Below are positions 34,915-44,683 of a stretch of DNA of 64,000 bases, in pieces. The stretch's first letter is position 1; the number at the start of each line of letters is the position of its first letter. This DNA is from an uncultured Syntrophaceae bacterium. GTDB lineage: Bacteria > Desulfobacterota > Syntrophia > Syntrophales > UBA2192. Both the position numbers and the translations under genes were made by a program. The DNA lies in contig CAYSDD010000001.1 in assembly GCA_964429555.1 (NCBI GenBank), positions 15,627 to 79,626 on the forward strand, written 5' to 3'. The notes under the pieces are model-generated. The model was given only the letters and a program-made list of their open reading frames with translations, was not told the DNA's origin and searched no databases.

Positions 34915-34943
34915 TTGACAGCGACTCCCAATCGTGTTTTCAT
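34915..34943 (+). promoter_or_regulatory. Sigma-70-like promoter candidate of the aro leader
   Basis: TTGACA-N17-TTTCAT has a perfect -35 and a weak -10. It would place the TSS about 20 nt before the leader ATG. Confidence 0.35.
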
Positions 34944-34971
34944 GGGTCACTTTTTGAAGGAATCGCTCGTG

Positions 34972-35058
34972 ATGGACAGCACCCACATCCGTAATTTTGG
35001 CTTCTGGTTTAGCTATTATTTTTACGGACAGGTCTGCCCGTCGCTGAGGAGGACTTAG
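34972..35058 (+). CDS. Aromatic-rich leader peptide [28 protein letters not shown] (28 aa)
   Basis: This is the 3' part of track ORF 34786..35058. GAAGGAA lies 9 nt upstream of ATG 34972. Eight of ten consecutive codons are Phe/Trp/Tyr, and an intrinsic terminator follows immediately. Confidence 0.7.
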   Translation: MDSTHIRNFGFWFSYYFYGQVCPSLRRT

Positions 35059-35082
35059 GCACGAAAGAATAAGCCGAACCAA

Positions 35083-35126
35083 AGCCATGGGTAGATCGAA
35101 AGACGCTGCCCATGGCTTTTTTGTTT
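35083..35126 (+). terminator. Attenuator terminator upstream of DAHP synthase
   Basis: AGCCATGGG-tagatcgaaagacgctg-CCCATGGCT followed by TTTTTTGTTT. It lies 66 nt upstream of the aroF ATG. Confidence 0.8.
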
Positions 35127-35191
35127 CTCCTTCTCCCCGGGCCATGAGGGCGGCAGCCATCATGGCCTTTTTCATTGGAGGTGACGGAATC

Positions 35192-36217
35192 ATGATTATC
35201 GTGATGAAGAAAAACGCAACGGACGGGCAGGTCGACCGGGTCGTCGAGTGGATCGAATCGGTCGGCTACCGTGCCCACCTGTCCCGTGGGACGGAAAAAA
35301 CGATTATCGGCGCTGTGGGGGATGCCCGCGGACGTGAGCAGATCAAGTCCGTCGCGCACCTGCCGGGCGTGGAAAGCGTCGTTCCCATCCTCAAGCCCTA
35401 CAAGCTCGCCAGCCGCGAGTTCCAAGAGAAAGACACGGTCGTGCGCGTGGGCGCGCTCGGGATCGGCGACGGCTCCTTCACCGTCATGGCGGGGCCCTGC
35501 GCCGTCGAGACGGAGGAGCAGCTCATGGAATGCGCCTGGGTGGCGAAGAAGGCGGGGGCCCACATCCTGCGCGGCGGAGCCTTCAAGCCCAGGACCTCGC
35601 CCTACAGCTTCCAGGGACTTGAGGAGGCGGGCCTCAAGCTCCTGAAGATGGTCCGCGAGCGGACGGGGCTCCCCGTGGTGACGGAGGTGGTCAACCCGGC
35701 CGACGTCGACCTCGTCGAGGCCTACGCCGACATCCTCCAGATCGGCGCCCGCAACGTCCAGAACTTCGCCCTGCTGAAGCGGGTCGGGCAGGCCCGAAAG
35801 CCCGTCCTGCTCAAGCGGGGCATGATGACGACCATCGAGGAGCTCCTCATGTCGGCCGAGTACATCCTCTCCGAGGGCAACGCCGATGTGATCCTCTGCG
35901 AGCGCGGCATCCGGACCTTCGAGACGGCCACGCGCAACACGCTCGACATCTCCGCCGTCGTCGTCCTCAAGCAGCTCTCCCACCTGCCGGTCATCGTGGA
36001 CCCGAGCCACGCGGCGGGTCACTGGAAGTACGTCGCCCCCCTGGCCCGGGCGGCCGTGGCCGTCGGGGCCGACGGGATCATCGTCGAGGTTCACCCCGAG
36101 CCCGAGAAGGCCGTCTCCGACGGGATGCAGTCCCTGAAGCCCGAGAAGTTCTACCAGCTCATGGAGGACATCGGGGTCCTCGAGAGGGCCATGCGGGAAG
36201 TGAGGACCGTGTCATGA
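35192..36217 (+). CDS. aroF: 3-deoxy-7-phosphoheptulonate (DAHP) synthase, type I-beta with N-terminal ferredoxin-like regulatory domain
   Basis: [26 protein letters not shown]... is an ACT/FL-like N-terminus, as in the Thermotoga-type enzyme. It is followed by [12 protein letters not shown]...[18 protein letters not shown] and IVDPSHA. Confidence 0.9.
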   Translation: MIIVMKKNATDGQVDRVVEWIESVGYRAHLSRGTEKTIIGAVGDARGREQIKSVAHLPGVESVVPILKPYKLASREFQEKDTVVRVGALGIGDGSFTVMAGPCAVETEEQLMECAWVAKKAGAHILRGGAFKPRTSPYSFQGLEEAGLKLLKMVRERTGLPVVTEVVNPADVDLVEAYADILQIGARNVQNFALLKRVGQARKPVLLKRGMMTTIEELLMSAEYILSEGNADVILCERGIRTFETATRNTLDISAVVVLKQLSHLPVIVDPSHAAGHWKYVAPLARAAVAVGADGIIVEVHPEPEKAVSDGMQSLKPEKFYQLMEDIGVLERAMREVRTVS

Positions 36218-37308
36218 ACCGGATCCGCGTGAACCTCGACAGGCGCCTGAGCGCGAGCTACGACATCCACATCGGCCGCGGCATCCTGGACCGCATGGCG
36301 CTGATCCTCGCCAAGGGCAACTGGGCGGGGCGCTGGTTCATCGTCACCGACGAGACCGTTGCGGGCCTGCACGGCGGCCGCGTGCTCGAAGCGCTGGCCG
36401 GCGCGGGGCTCGGGGCCGAGCGCCTGACGATCCCCCCCGGCGAGGGGGCCAAGACCGTCTCGACCTGCCTGGGGCTTGCCGAAGATCTCCTGGAACGAGG
36501 CGCCGACCGGGCCTCGGGGCTCATCGCCCTGGGCGGCGGGGTGGTGGGCGACGTGGCGGGCTTCCTGGCCTCCATCTACATGCGGGGCATCCCATGCGTG
36601 CAGGTGCCCACGACGCTGCTGGCGCAGGTGGACAGCTCCATCGGGGGCAAGACCGGCGTGGACACAGGGGCGGGAAAGAACCTGCTCGGGACCTTCCACC
36701 AGCCGAGGGCCGTCTTCATCGACCTCGGCTTCCTCGAGACCCTCCCGCAGAGGGAGTTCACGAGCGGCCTGGCCGAGATCGTCAAGTACGGGATCATCGA
36801 AGACCCGGACCTGCTGGCGGCCCTCGAGGACAACGCCGCAGCCCTGCAGGGGCGGGACCCCGCCATCCTGGAGCGGGTCGTCTCGTCGTCGTGCCGCATC
36901 AAGAAGGGCATCGTCGAGATCGACGAGACGGAGAAGGGCCTGCGCCGCATCCTCAATTTCGGCCACACCCTGGGCCATGCCGTCGAGGCGGAGTCCGGCT
37001 ACGCCGTTTCCCACGGCGAGGCCGTGGCGATCGGGATGGCCGCCGCGGCGGCGATCTCGGAGCGGCTGCGCTACCTCAATGCCGAGGACCGGGAACGCAT
37101 CGAGAGGGCCATCGAGCGCGTGGGCCTGCCGCGCCTCATCCCCCGGGAGCTCGACGCGGGCAGGATCCTTGCACGGATGGAGAAGGACAAGAAGAAGGTG
37201 AACGGGCGGATTCACTTCGTCCTGCTCAAGAAACCCGGCATGCCCTTCGTCAACGGAGGCGTGCCGCTCGACGTGGTGCGGGAGACGGTCGAGGCGATGC
37301 GGTCATGA
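36214..37308 (+). CDS. aroB: 3-dehydroquinate synthase
   Basis: ...[46 protein letters not shown]...NFGHTLGHA. Its start overlaps the aroF stop. Confidence 0.9.
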   Translation: MNRIRVNLDRRLSASYDIHIGRGILDRMALILAKGNWAGRWFIVTDETVAGLHGGRVLEALAGAGLGAERLTIPPGEGAKTVSTCLGLAEDLLERGADRASGLIALGGGVVGDVAGFLASIYMRGIPCVQVPTTLLAQVDSSIGGKTGVDTGAGKNLLGTFHQPRAVFIDLGFLETLPQREFTSGLAEIVKYGIIEDPDLLAALEDNAAALQGRDPAILERVVSSSCRIKKGIVEIDETEKGLRRILNFGHTLGHAVEAESGYAVSHGEAVAIGMAAAAAISERLRYLNAEDRERIERAIERVGLPRLIPRELDAGRILARMEKDKKKVNGRIHFVLLKKPGMPFVNGGVPLDVVRETVEAMRS

Positions 37309-38384
37309 AACGAAGGGACATCGAAGACATCCGGCGCGGGATCCGGGACAGGGACCGCCGGCTCGTGAGGCTCCTGAACGATCGCGCCCGGCTCTCCGTC
37401 GAGATGGGCCGGATCAAGGCCGACGCCGGGCTCGGCGTCTTCGACCCGGTGCAGGAGCGCAGGGTCCTCGACGGGATCGCGTCCCTGGGCGAGGGACCGC
37501 TGTCCGCGGAAGCCCTGCGGAACATCTGGCGCGAGATCCTGTCGGCCTCGCGCGCCCTGCAGGCGCCCCTCGCGGTGGCCTGCCTGGGCCCGGAGGGGTC
37601 CTTCGCACACCTGGCGGCCCTCGAGCGCTTCGGCAGGAGCACGCGCCTGGCGCCGCAGGTGACGATCGGCGCCGTCTTCGATGCCGTGGAGAAGCGCCGG
37701 AGCGACCTCGGCGTCGTTCCCCTGGAGAACTCCGTGGAGGGGCCCGTGCGGACTACGCTGGAGCGGCTCATCTCGACGCCCCTGGCGATCCGGGGCGAGA
37801 TCTGCCTGCGCGTCTCCCACTGCCTGCTGGCGAAGGGAGCCAGGGGGCGGATCCGCAGGGTCTACTCCCACCCCCAGGCGCTGGCCCAGTGCCGGCAGTG
37901 GCTGGCGCGGAACCTGCCCCAGGCCGTCCCCGTCGAGACGGAGAGCACCTCGGCGGCCGTGCTGCAGGCGCGCGGCGACCGGCAGGGGGCGGCCATCGCG
38001 AGCCGCCTGGCCTCGGAGATCCACGGGCTTCCCGTCGTCGAGGCGGGCATCGAGGACCACCCGGCCAATACGACGCGCTTCATCGTCATCGGGACGGGCT
38101 CGAACGGGCCGACGGGCCGGGACAAGACCTCCGTCCTCTTCTCGACGCAGCACCGGCCCGGGGCGCTGTACGCGGCCTTGGCGCCCTTCGCGGCGGCGGG
38201 GATCAACCTGCTGCGCATCGAGTCCCACCCGGCGCGGGACCGGATGTGGCAGTACCTGTTCTTCGTCGACCTCGAGGGGCACGCGGGGGACCGGGCCGTG
38301 AGGGACAGCCTGCGCAAGCTCAGGCGCAAGACGGCCTTTCTGAAGGTGCTGGGGTCGTACCCCCGGGAGGTGGAGCCCTCATGA
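37305..38384 (+). CDS. pheA: Bifunctional chorismate mutase / prephenate dehydratase (P-protein)
   Basis: The N-terminal CM_2 domain is IRRGIRDRDRRLVRLLNDRARLSVEMGRIK. The PDT domain is VACLGPEGSFAHLAA...NTTRF, and the ACT domain is TSVLFSTQHRPGALYAAL. The start ATGA overlaps aroB. Confidence 0.9.
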   Translation: MKRRDIEDIRRGIRDRDRRLVRLLNDRARLSVEMGRIKADAGLGVFDPVQERRVLDGIASLGEGPLSAEALRNIWREILSASRALQAPLAVACLGPEGSFAHLAALERFGRSTRLAPQVTIGAVFDAVEKRRSDLGVVPLENSVEGPVRTTLERLISTPLAIRGEICLRVSHCLLAKGARGRIRRVYSHPQALAQCRQWLARNLPQAVPVETESTSAAVLQARGDRQGAAIASRLASEIHGLPVVEAGIEDHPANTTRFIVIGTGSNGPTGRDKTSVLFSTQHRPGALYAALAPFAAAGINLLRIESHPARDRMWQYLFFVDLEGHAGDRAVRDSLRKLRRKTAFLKVLGSYPREVEPS

Positions 38385-39061
38385 TCTGCATCTCCGTCGT
38401 GCCCGCGACCAACGAGGAGGCCCTGTCGCTGCTGGGACGGGCCCTGCCCCTGGCCGAGCTCGTGGAGCTGCGGATCGACCGGATCGAAAAGCCGGAGCTC
38501 CCGATGCTGCTGTATGCCGGAAGGGAACGGATCGTCGTGACGAACCGCCGGCGCGACGAGGGCGGCTTCTTCGCGAGCTGCGAGACCCGCCGCCTGGAGC
38601 TTCTCCACGAGGCCGTCGAGCTGGGGGCCCGATTCGTGGACGTCGAGCAGCGCACGGGCGCAAAGGCCGTGGGGAGGCTTGCCGATGCGGTCCGGTCCCG
38701 GGGCGGAAGGACGGGGCTCATCGTGTCGCACCACGACCTGGCGGGCACGCCCTCCGCAAAGGCGCTGGCGGCAAGGCTGAGGGCCTGCCGGGCCCTCGGG
38801 GCCGACGTCGTGAAGATCGTGACCCTTGCGACCCGCGCGGAGGACAACCTCCGGGTCCTGGGGCTCCTGCCGCAGGCCCGGGAGATGGGACAGGACCTCG
38901 TCGCCTTCTGCATGGGCGAACAGGGGCGCCTGAGCCGGGTGGCGGCCCCGCTTCTCGGGTCCTGCTGGAGCTACGCGAGCCTCGAGAAGGGCGCCGCTTC
39001 GGCGCCGGGGCAGTTGACGGTCAGGGAGATGAGAACCATCCTGGGGATGCTGCAGTCGTGA
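38381..39061 (+). CDS. aroD: Type I 3-dehydroquinate dehydratase
   Basis: MICISVVPATNEEAL...VELRIDRI...IVSHHDLAGTP...DVVKIVTLA...FCMGEQGRLSRV. The start ATGA overlaps pheA. Confidence 0.85.
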   Translation: MICISVVPATNEEALSLLGRALPLAELVELRIDRIEKPELPMLLYAGRERIVVTNRRRDEGGFFASCETRRLELLHEAVELGARFVDVEQRTGAKAVGRLADAVRSRGGRTGLIVSHHDLAGTPSAKALAARLRACRALGADVVKIVTLATRAEDNLRVLGLLPQAREMGQDLVAFCMGEQGRLSRVAAPLLGSCWSYASLEKGAASAPGQLTVREMRTILGMLQS

Positions 39062-39081
39062 GGGCCGCCGTGGCGACAGGA

Positions 39082-39912
39082 ATGAGACACTTCGCACTTT
39101 TCGGGAACCCCGTGGGGCACAGCCTCTCGCCCCTGATGATCAACGCGGCCTTCGGGTCCATGGGGGTCCGCGCGGACTACGAGTCCCACCGCGTCGAGAA
39201 CCTGGAGCTCGCGGTCCGGATGATCCGCGAGCGTCCGCTCGACGGCGTGAGCGTGACCCTGCCTCTGAAGGGGGCCATCATGGCCTTCCTCGACGAGGTG
39301 GACGACGACGCCCGGGCCATCGGGGCCGTCAACACCGTGACCAACGAGCGCGGCTGGCTCAAGGGCTCGAACACGGACTGGACGGGCCTCTTGGCCGCCA
39401 TGCAGGAGCATTTTCCCCTCGCGGGAAGGACGGTCGCCGTGCTGGGCGCGGGCGGCGCCGCGCGGGCCGCCGTCTACGCGATCCTCCGGGCGGGGGGGAC
39501 CCCGATCGTCTTCAACCGGAGCCGCGACAGGGCCGAGTCCCTCGCCCGGTGGTTTTCGTGCGAGACACGGCCGCTGGCCGGTCTGGGGAGGACGGAGGCG
39601 GATGTCCTGATCAATGCGACCCCCGTCGGGATGCACCCCGACACGGGGGAATCCCCCGTGGACGGGCGTCACCTGGCCCGGTTCGAGTGGGTCGTGGAGA
39701 CGATCTACAACCCCCTCGAGACGCGCCTGCTCCGGGAGGCCCGGGCCGCGGGATGCGGTGTCGTCACGGGGCTCGCCATGTTCGTCCGCCAGGGGGCGGA
39801 GCAGATCCGCACCTGGACGGGGCTCGAGCCCCCGGTCGAGCTGATGACGCGCGTGGTGCGGACGACCCTGGCGCAAAACCGGGCCCGGGGTGAAGGGCAA
39901 AGAGAAACGTGA
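39082..39912 (+). CDS. aroE: Shikimate dehydrogenase
   Basis: MRHFALFGNPVGHSLSPLMINAAF...NVTLPLK...GAVNTV...NTDWTG...VLGAGGAARA. The alternative start is GTG 39058, which overlaps the aroD stop. Confidence 0.85.
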   Translation: MRHFALFGNPVGHSLSPLMINAAFGSMGVRADYESHRVENLELAVRMIRERPLDGVSVTLPLKGAIMAFLDEVDDDARAIGAVNTVTNERGWLKGSNTDWTGLLAAMQEHFPLAGRTVAVLGAGGAARAAVYAILRAGGTPIVFNRSRDRAESLARWFSCETRPLAGLGRTEADVLINATPVGMHPDTGESPVDGRHLARFEWVVETIYNPLETRLLREARAAGCGVVTGLAMFVRQGAEQIRTWTGLEPPVELMTRVVRTTLAQNRARGEGQRET

Positions 39913-39935
39913 AAGGGAGCCATGGGGAAGAGGCG

Positions 39936-41216
39936 ATGATCGACGTGAAGGAAATCAGGCCGCTGGCGGCTGTGAAGGCCGCGGTGCAGGTCCCCGGCTC
40001 GAAGAGCTTCACCCAGCGCGCCCTCGTCGCGGCGTCGCTTGCCGAGGGGACGTCGCTGCTGCGCAATGCGCTGATCGCGGAGGACACGGGTCACCTCGTC
40101 GGGGCGCTGCGCCTGCTGGGCGCGCAGATCGTCAACTCCGGCCCCGACGTGATCGTCACGGGCACGGGGGGCCGCATCGCGAACCCCGGCCGGGAGCTGT
40201 ACCTGGGCAGCAACGGGACAGCCATGCGGTTTCTCGCCGGTGTTGCGGCCACCGGGCCCGGCGAGATCACCCTCACGGGGGATGCGAGGCTCTGCGAGCG
40301 GCCCCTGAAGCCGCTGCTCGACGCGATCGGCAGCCTCGGCGTGTCCAGCGAATGCCGAAACGTCCCGGGCTATCCCCCGGTCACGATCCGCGGAGGCACC
40401 ATGCACGGCGGGCGTGCCGTCTTCCAGGACATCGAGAGCAGCCAGTATGTCTCCTCGATCCTGCTGGCGGCCCCCTACGCCGCGGGGGACGTGGAGGTCG
40501 AGATCCGCGGCTCCGCCGTCTCGCGTCCCTACGTGGAGATGACCCTCGCGACGATGAAGGCCTTCGGCGTCGCCGTGGAGAAGAGATCCGAGGCCCTCTT
40601 CACCGTGCGCAGCGGCCAGCGCTACCGGGCCTGCCGGTATCTCGTGGAAGGGGACCTGTCGAGCGCGTCCTATTTCTTCCTCGCCGCGGCCCTCTGCGGC
40701 GGAACGGTCCGCGTGGCGAACACGAACTTCTGGACCCACCAGGGGGACGTGCGCTTCCTCCGTTTCCTCAAGGAGCTCGGCTGCGGCGTTGCGGCCACGG
40801 ACCAGTGGATCGAGGTGTCGGGCGGGAGACTCGCGCCCGGCGATTTCACGGCCTCCATGGAGGACGTCCCCGACATGGTCCCGACGATGGCCGTTCTGGC
40901 GGCCCTGAGGCCGGGAAGGACGTTCATCCGCAACGTGCCGCACCTGCGTCTCAAGGAGAGCAATCGCCTGGCGGCCCTCGTCAGCGAGCTTTCGAAGACG
41001 GGCATACGCGCCGCGGAACTCGAGGACGGCCTCGTCGTCACGGGCGGGACGCCCCGGGGGGCGGAGATCGAAACCTACAACGATCACCGGATCGCCATGA
41101 GCTTCGCCGTGCTGGGGCTCGTCGCACCGGGCATGCGGATCCGCAACCCCGGCTGCGTGGGGAAATCCTTCCCCGGCTTCTGGGACGAACTCGAAAAGCT
41201 GTACCGGGCCGCTTGA
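39936..41216 (+). CDS. aroA: 3-phosphoshikimate 1-carboxyvinyltransferase (EPSP synthase)
   Basis: ...VQVPGSKSFTQRALVAASLAEG...LGSNGTAMRFL...DHRIAMSFAVLGL. The alternative start is GTG 39909. Confidence 0.9.
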   Translation: MIDVKEIRPLAAVKAAVQVPGSKSFTQRALVAASLAEGTSLLRNALIAEDTGHLVGALRLLGAQIVNSGPDVIVTGTGGRIANPGRELYLGSNGTAMRFLAGVAATGPGEITLTGDARLCERPLKPLLDAIGSLGVSSECRNVPGYPPVTIRGGTMHGGRAVFQDIESSQYVSSILLAAPYAAGDVEVEIRGSAVSRPYVEMTLATMKAFGVAVEKRSEALFTVRSGQRYRACRYLVEGDLSSASYFFLAAALCGGTVRVANTNFWTHQGDVRFLRFLKELGCGVAATDQWIEVSGGRLAPGDFTASMEDVPDMVPTMAVLAALRPGRTFIRNVPHLRLKESNRLAALVSELSKTGIRAAELEDGLVVTGGTPRGAEIETYNDHRIAMSFAVLGLVAPGMRIRNPGCVGKSFPGFWDELEKLYRAA

Positions 41217-41232
41217 TCTCCAAAACCGCAGT

Positions 41233-41270
41233 CTCTCTCCCCCGGCGGGAGAGGGTTCAGGTGAGGGGCC
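41233..41270. repeat. Intergenic hairpin + G-rich motif (copy 2 of the 1519-1560 motif)
   Basis: CTCTCCC-ccggc-GGGAGAG followed by GGTTCAGGTGAGGGG, in the aroA-aroK gap. Confidence 0.4.
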
Positions 41271-41289
41271 TGTAAGTTTGAAGGCTGAA

Positions 41290-41856
41290 ATGAATATTAT
41301 CCTGATCGGGTACCGCGGGAGCGGCAAGACATCCGTCGGAAGGAAACTGGCGAGGCTCCTGGGGAGGCCCTTTTTCGACTCGGACCGGATGGTCTTTGCG
41401 AAGACGGGAAGGACCGTCCGCGAGATCGTCGAGGCGGGGGGGTGGCCTGCCTTTCGCGAGGCGGAAAAGGCCGTGATCGCCGAGCTCTCCGCCCTCGACC
41501 AGGCCGTCATCTCGCTGGGCGGCGGCGCGGTCATGGACCCCGAGAATGTCACGGCGCTCAGGGAGCGGGGGAAATTCGTGTGGCTCAGGGCCGACGCGAG
41601 GACCCTTGCCGGCAGGATCCGCAACGACGAAAGCGGCGCGGGTCAGCGGCCGTCCCTCACCGGGGCGGGAACGCTGGAAGAGGTAGAGAGGGTGCTGGCG
41701 GAGCGCCTGCCGGTGTACCGTGCCGTGGCCGATCTGGCCGTCGACACGGCGGGAAAGTACCCCGAGGCCATTGCCGCGGAGATTGCCGGCGCGCTGTCGG
41801 GGAGCCCGGCCCGGCGGCGGGTAAAGAAAGACGGGAGGAGGCCGCATGTCCGGTAA
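41290..41856 (+). CDS. aroK: Shikimate kinase
   Basis: [32 protein letters not shown] contains a P-loop; ...GGGAV...; basic C-terminal tail. Confidence 0.85.
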   Translation: MNIILIGYRGSGKTSVGRKLARLLGRPFFDSDRMVFAKTGRTVREIVEAGGWPAFREAEKAVIAELSALDQAVISLGGGAVMDPENVTALRERGKFVWLRADARTLAGRIRNDESGAGQRPSLTGAGTLEEVERVLAERLPVYRAVADLAVDTAGKYPEAIAAEIAGALSGSPARRRVKKDGRRPHVR

Positions 41857-42898
41857 CACCTTCGGCGTGCTCTTCAGGGTCACCACGTTCGGGGAGTCCC
41901 ACGGTCCCGGCCTCGGCGCCGTCATCGACGGCTGCCCGCCGGGCATCGATCTCGTCGATGCCGACATCCAGGACGAGCTGGACCGCCGCCGGCCGGGGGG
42001 ACACGCCGCGTCCACCCCCAGGCGGGAGGAGGACCGCGTGGAGATCCTCTCGGGGGTGTTCGAGGGGAAAACGACGGGGACGCCGATCGCCCTTTTGATC
42101 CGCAACCTGGACATAGACAGCAGCGCCTATGAAGAGCTGCGGGAGGTCTTCCGCCCCGGGCACGGGGACTTCACCTACATGAAGAAATACGGCATCCGGG
42201 ACCACCGCGGTGGCGGCCGCGCCTCGGGGCGTGAGACCGCTGCGCGCGTGGCGGCCGGGGCCGTCGCCCGCAGGATCCTGGCGCGCGAGGGGATCGCCGT
42301 GTCGGGCTGCACGGTGGAGCTGGGCGGCATTGCGATCGAGACGCGTTCCGAAGCGGCGGCCGGCTCGAACCGCCTGCGGTGCCCCGACCCGGCGGCGGCG
42401 GCACGGATGGAGGCCCTGCTCGAGGAGGCCAGGCGCGCAGGCGACACCCTCGGCGGCATCGTGGAGGTGCGCGTGACCGGCTGCCCGGCCGGGCTCGGCG
42501 AGCCCGTCTTCGACAAGATGGACGCAGACCTCGCGAAGGCCCTCATGGGCATCGGGACGGTGAAGGGCGTGGAGATCGGCGCGGGGTTCCAGGCGGCTCG
42601 GCTGAGGGGATCGCAGTGCAACGACCCCCTCGGGCCCGGCGGGTTCGGGACGAACCGCGCGGGCGGGGTCCTCGCCGGGATCACGACGGGGCAGGAGATC
42701 GTGATCCGCGCGGCCTGCAAGCCGATTGCCTCGATCGCCCTGGAGCAGGGCACGATCGACGTCCACGGGAACCCGAAAACGATCTCCGTGCGGGGCAGGC
42801 ACGACGCCTGCGTCATCCCGCGCGTGATCCCCGTCTGCGAGGCCATGGTGTGCCTGGTCGTTGCAGATCACCTGCTCAGACAAAAGGCAAACCGATGA
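41846..42898 (+). CDS. aroC: Chorismate synthase
   Basis: [33 protein letters not shown]...RPGHGDFTY...[18 protein letters not shown]. Confidence 0.9.
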   Translation: MSGNTFGVLFRVTTFGESHGPGLGAVIDGCPPGIDLVDADIQDELDRRRPGGHAASTPRREEDRVEILSGVFEGKTTGTPIALLIRNLDIDSSAYEELREVFRPGHGDFTYMKKYGIRDHRGGGRASGRETAARVAAGAVARRILAREGIAVSGCTVELGGIAIETRSEAAAGSNRLRCPDPAAAARMEALLEEARRAGDTLGGIVEVRVTGCPAGLGEPVFDKMDADLAKALMGIGTVKGVEIGAGFQAARLRGSQCNDPLGPGGFGTNRAGGVLAGITTGQEIVIRAACKPIASIALEQGTIDVHGNPKTISVRGRHDACVIPRVIPVCEAMVCLVVADHLLRQKANR

Positions 42899-43746
42899 AG
42901 AACACCGGAACCCCCATCTCCCCCCCGGAGCGTTTCCCCATCGGCATCATCGGGGGCACGGGCGGCATGGGCCGCTGGTTCGCCGCATTCTTCGAGAAGG
43001 AGGGCCACCCGGTCATCGTCTCGGGAAAGGGCACGGGCCCGCGCCCGGACGAGATGGCGGCGTCCTGCCCCGTCGTCATCGTGAGCGTGCCCATCGGGGC
43101 GACGATTGAGGTCATCCGGCAGGTGGGCCCGCACATGAAGCGGGATTCGCTCCTCATGGACCTGACGTCCCTGAAGGCTGAACCGGTGCGGGCCATGCTC
43201 GAATCGTCGGTCTCGGAGGTCATCGGCCTGCACCCGCTGTTCGGCCCGGGAGTGCCCTCCCTGGAGGGGCAGAACGTCGTCCTCTGCCCGGCAAGGGGCG
43301 ACAGATGGCTCCCCTGGGTTCGGGATGTCCTTGTGAAAGGTGGCGCGAATCTAATCGAGACGACGCCGGAGCGACACGACGAGATCATGGCCGTCGTCCA
43401 GGCGCTCAATCATTTCGACACGATCGTCCTGGGCCTTGCGATCCGCCGAAGCGGCATTGCGCGGGAGGTCCTGGAAGCCTTTTCCACACCCTTGTTCCGG
43501 GGGAAACTGGCGATGATCGACAGGGTATTTTCCCATCCGGAACTCCATACGGAGATCATCACGGCAAACCCGCATGCAGCAGGGATGATCGATCTCTATG
43601 GGCAGATCCTTGACAGGGTCGGACGGGTTGCCATAGAAGGAAATGCCGCGGATCTGGCGGCACTCATGCGGCCGGAAGAACCCGATGAAAAAAACGTGAT
43701 CCCTGTCGTTACGTTGTCAGAAAGACGCGCTTCGGACCTGCCGTAA
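42895..43746 (+). CDS. tyrA: Prephenate dehydrogenase
   Basis: [18 protein letters not shown] is a Rossmann motif; ...LMDLTSLK...GLHPLFGP...[18 protein letters not shown]. The start ATGA overlaps aroC. Confidence 0.85.
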   Translation: MKNTGTPISPPERFPIGIIGGTGGMGRWFAAFFEKEGHPVIVSGKGTGPRPDEMAASCPVVIVSVPIGATIEVIRQVGPHMKRDSLLMDLTSLKAEPVRAMLESSVSEVIGLHPLFGPGVPSLEGQNVVLCPARGDRWLPWVRDVLVKGGANLIETTPERHDEIMAVVQALNHFDTIVLGLAIRRSGIAREVLEAFSTPLFRGKLAMIDRVFSHPELHTEIITANPHAAGMIDLYGQILDRVGRVAIEGNAADLAALMRPEEPDEKNVIPVVTLSERRASDLP

Positions 43747-43775
43747 TCCTGTGGGAAACCCGGTCGGACAGGCCC

Positions 43776-44252
43776 ATGGTACGGCAGATCCTGTTATCGG
43801 GACCGGGGCAGCCGGCGGAAACCGTCCTGAAGGAGCAATTTCCGGATTCGGTTTCATCCTCCTGCAAACTCATTGACGATCTGGCCGGGCGGATCGCGGC
43901 GTTTCTCGACGGAGCCGATGTCCGTTTTACACTCGAGCATGTGCAAATCGATCTCTGCCCCCCGTTTCAGCGGAAAGTCCTTCTGGCCGAATACGGCATC
44001 CCGCGGGGTTCCGTGAGCACGTACGGGCGGATGGCGGCCCATCTGGGCATTCCCGGGGGCGCCCGGGCCGTGGGCAACGCGCTGGCGACAAACCCCTTTC
44101 CCATCGTCATCCCCTGCCACAGGGCGATCCGCTCCGACGGAACGCTCGGCGGATACCAGGGAGGGCTCGCCATGAAGCGGGCGCTGCTCATGCAGGAAGG
44201 GGTTGATGTCGACGAGAGGGGAAGGGTTGTGTCGCCGAAACTCTACTATTGA
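43776..44252 (+). CDS. ogt: Methylated-DNA--protein-cysteine methyltransferase (MGMT/Ogt family)
   Basis: VSTYGRMAAHLGIPGGARAVGNALATNPFPIVIPCHRAIRSDGTLGGY contains the PCHR active-site motif. Confidence 0.85.
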   Translation: MVRQILLSGPGQPAETVLKEQFPDSVSSSCKLIDDLAGRIAAFLDGADVRFTLEHVQIDLCPPFQRKVLLAEYGIPRGSVSTYGRMAAHLGIPGGARAVGNALATNPFPIVIPCHRAIRSDGTLGGYQGGLAMKRALLMQEGVDVDERGRVVSPKLYY

Positions 44253-44285
44253 GTGCAGGCTGGTGACCGGGGGCGCAAGCCGACC

Positions 44286-44393
44286 AGAGAAGGTAAGAAG
44301 GTGAGAGGGTAAGAACGTTGGATGAGCCGATAGCTGTCTTCACGCTCTCCGCTTCTCCAACCTTCCCACCTTCATACCCTCTTACCCTCTGCC
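44286..44393. repeat. Long imperfect hairpin with a purine-rich 5' arm and pyrimidine-rich 3' arm
   Basis: agagaaggtaagaaggtgagagggtaagaacgttgg pairs with ccaaccttcccaccttcataccctcttaccctct. It lies between the ogt stop and the trp promoter. Confidence 0.4.
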
Positions 44394-44469
44394 TTTGCAT
44401 CCGGGCATTTAGACTAGCCTGGGTGAAACCCTTTCCCGAAAGGGCCGCAAAGGGCGCAAATAAACCGGG

Positions 44470-44498
44470 TTGACAGGCGGCGGAAAGCTTGCTATAAG
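44470..44498 (+). promoter_or_regulatory. Sigma-70-type promoter of the trp leader
   Basis: TTGACA-N17-TATAAG, about 25 nt upstream of the leader ATG. Confidence 0.65.
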
Positions 44499-44521
44499 TG
44501 CGCTCAGTTGGAGAAAGAATA

Positions 44522-44599
44522 ATGTTCAGCGAGATCCTTTCGAAAAACAGCTGGTGGTGGCGCAACTTCATAGGAGGGGTTTGCCTGCTGCCGGTATGA
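44522..44599 (+). CDS. trpL: trp operon leader peptide MFSEILSKNSWWWRNFIGGVCLLPV (25 aa)
   Basis: Not in the ORF track. GGAGAAAG lies upstream, there are three consecutive TGG codons at 44552-44560, and an intrinsic terminator follows. Confidence 0.8.
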   Translation: MFSEILSKNSWWWRNFIGGVCLLPV

Positions 44600-44618
44600 C
44601 GTGAAGAAGTGAAATCCA

Positions 44619-44661
44619 GGCCGTGGGGGACCCCGGAGGTGCCCCACGGCTTTTTTGTTTT
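44619..44661 (+). terminator. trp attenuator terminator
   Basis: GCCGTGGGG-gaccccggaggtg-CCCCACGGC followed by TTTTTTGTTTTT. Confidence 0.85.
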
Positions 44662-44683
44662 TAGCGTATTGCAGGAATCAGGA

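Noticed and set aside
35087-35191. 5' extension of the DAHP synthase ORF
   Set aside because: It starts inside the attenuator terminator stem. ATG 35192 has a GGAGGTGA RBS and gives the expected 341-aa protein.
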